DNA of 64,000 nt from Vicugna vicugna. Taxonomy: Eukaryota. The notes under the pieces are model-generated. The model searched no databases and was not told the origin of the DNA. It saw only the letters and a program-made list of their open reading frames with translations. Position 1 is the stretch's first letter; each line of letters opens with the position of its first letter. Where the stretch lies: positions 930,001 to 994,000 of the forward strand of contig MU058387.1 in assembly GCA_013265495.1 (NCBI GenBank), read 5' to 3'. This document shows, one piece after another, positions 62,106 to 64,000 of the stretch. Both the position numbers and the translations under genes were made by a program.

Positions 62106-64000
62106 TGGAACCTGCTGATCTTAGCACTGACCATCAGTGATGACAATGGAAGACGTCATCTGTCTTATGTTTGAAAAAGGGGACAATAAAGTTGTTCTTT
62201 GGAAGTTGAACTTTTAGACCATAAACAATATTGATGTAGAAAAGCAATTTAAAGAGATGGTGTACTTTCAGCTCTTTAAGACTTACATGTAACTCAGTCA
62301 AATATATGAAGATATCAAAAGAAAGAATGTGCTCATCAAAAATGGAATTGGACAGCCATGGAAGCATAGAAAAGGGAATCATAGAGATATTGTGTTATAA
62401 GTCCCAGCAAAGCACTGGCAAGAGAAAAGGTGCTGTACTCAGTGGGTCTCATGGGCAACAGCCTGCTTGCAGCTGACACATTTTAATTAAGCCCTTCTAA
62501 CTGGACCAACTGGTGACCCTGGCCCTGACTTCATGCTCAACAAGAAGTGATCTAAGTAAGATTTTGCTTTCCAATACACTAATCAGCTCACGTTCATATT
62601 CCAGGCTTTGAAATAGTCATCTTTCTTATTATTGAATAACTTTTTTATTTTAGACTTATAGATTAGTCTTGGTTGATGAATGCATTCTTGGTGTGCTGAG
62701 CAAATAAAATTATTCACAGCTTAGAAGTTTGAGGGCCAGATTTTGGCCAGAGATGAATTGACCCAAATAATGAATGACATATTTTCATGTCAGCTTTCTA
62801 GGAAATAGTTTATTTCTTTCAACTTATTAAAATCTCTTCTGTATCACTGCAATGGCTTAAACATTAGCTTTTTTAATTTCTAAATTTTAGAAAAATCTTA
62901 ACTATCATTTAATACCAAAATCACTTTACTCAAATGAGAAAAAAACAATGAAAAAGGAAAAGAAAATTTAATAACTTCAATTGACTAGATCAAGAATGCT
63001 AATAACAGATGTTGCAAAATGTATTCCCTATTCCATTTGAGCCTTTAGAAAAACAAATGTTACCTACAGGCATTATTTATCCACAGATATGTTCATGAAT
63101 GTATTTTGTAGATTATACAAAAGTAGATAGAGGCAAAAACTGTAAATTTTGCCCACTTAGCCCATGAAGAATTGCTTCCTTTATTGCCAATTAACTTACT
63201 TGGTTCAAATAGGCTAAATATTTTAAGCAAAACTGCTAATTTTTAGCAAAATTATTATTGTATCAGTGAAAGTAAACATTCTTGTGGTGACCTTTGCTGC
63301 GTTGAAATAGAAGCATCCGTTCTGAGTTATAACAGGATTGATTTCAGACACCTCTAGCTGTCAGGGACCTCATGTGGTTTAGGGACTACTCTGGATTCCG
63401 AAGCTCGAGTTCGTGTCACAGAGGAGGGAGAAAGTCTCTGCAACCACCACGTTCATTATAAAGTGCTTGCCCTGAGCTGAGAGCTCTCCTGTCACTGGTG
63501 AGCATGTGCCCCAGACAGAGCATGGACTTGAACCCCCAATCCAATTATCCTTATCGTTAGTGAGAATCCAGTTCCCTCTAACTTTTCATCACTCTTAATC
63601 ATCTAGGAGACTCACATAGGTTCATTTGCCAAAAATGTCAAAGTTTTTATTTTCACACTGATGGAAATCAAACACAGTTGCTATCCATTCCATCAAAAAC
63701 ACTGGTGAGGCCAATATCAGAACGTATCAAGACCCTGGTGGTTAGGATACTTCATGGCTCTAATTTCCATGACCTGTATTTTAAAACTTCACTCAGTGTA
63801 AGGAATTCACACTTGATCTGACTACTTGGTAAACACAGAGATGCAGCCTTTGGTTGGGTACAGAGTCCTGAGTTTTAGTTCTGACTCTGCCTTTCCCATA
63901 TAGTCCATAAAATTGTCTGTGAGTTGATTTTGGTTCTCAAGATTTTCACCATCAAGAACCCCTGCTTTTTCTTTCCCTTCACAGTTTATATGAGTTTGTC

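Noticed and set aside
1..64000. CRISPR array, prokaryotic operon or defence system; identification of a host gene
   Set aside because: The sequence is mammalian with no regularly spaced repeat-spacer array or gene-dense region. No recognisable host exon allowed the locus to be named.

Overview
Eutherian mammalian genomic DNA, most likely camelid (two tRNA-Ala-derived Vic-1-type SINEs and young lineage-specific L1 3' ends). It is AT-rich, CpG-depleted and intergenic or intronic, with no convincing host protein-coding gene, rRNA, true tRNA or CRISPR array. Much of it is interspersed repeat: L1, L2, MIR, MaLR/ERVL/ERV1 LTRs, Tigger1, MER82 and MER53. Family names come from recognition of consensus-like sequence, not from a database search. 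Main observations: (1) a decayed provirus at about 20.07-22.78 kb whose integrase is class III (ERV-L/ERV-S-like) but whose env is gamma-type, EnvR(b)/PABL-like, largely missed by the ORF track because of frameshifts and stops; (2) an apparently perfect 1185-bp head-to-tail tandem duplication at 51084-53453 with a blunt junction inside a solo LTR; (3) an L1 with both a 5' inversion/deletion and a probable short 3' transduction; (4) two independent young L1 copies truncated at nearly the same nucleotide; (5) an inverted pair of LTR fragments. Several smaller candidate exon and regulatory signals are also listed. I found no clear evidence of a functional undescribed biological system; the provirus and the duplication are the strongest leads.
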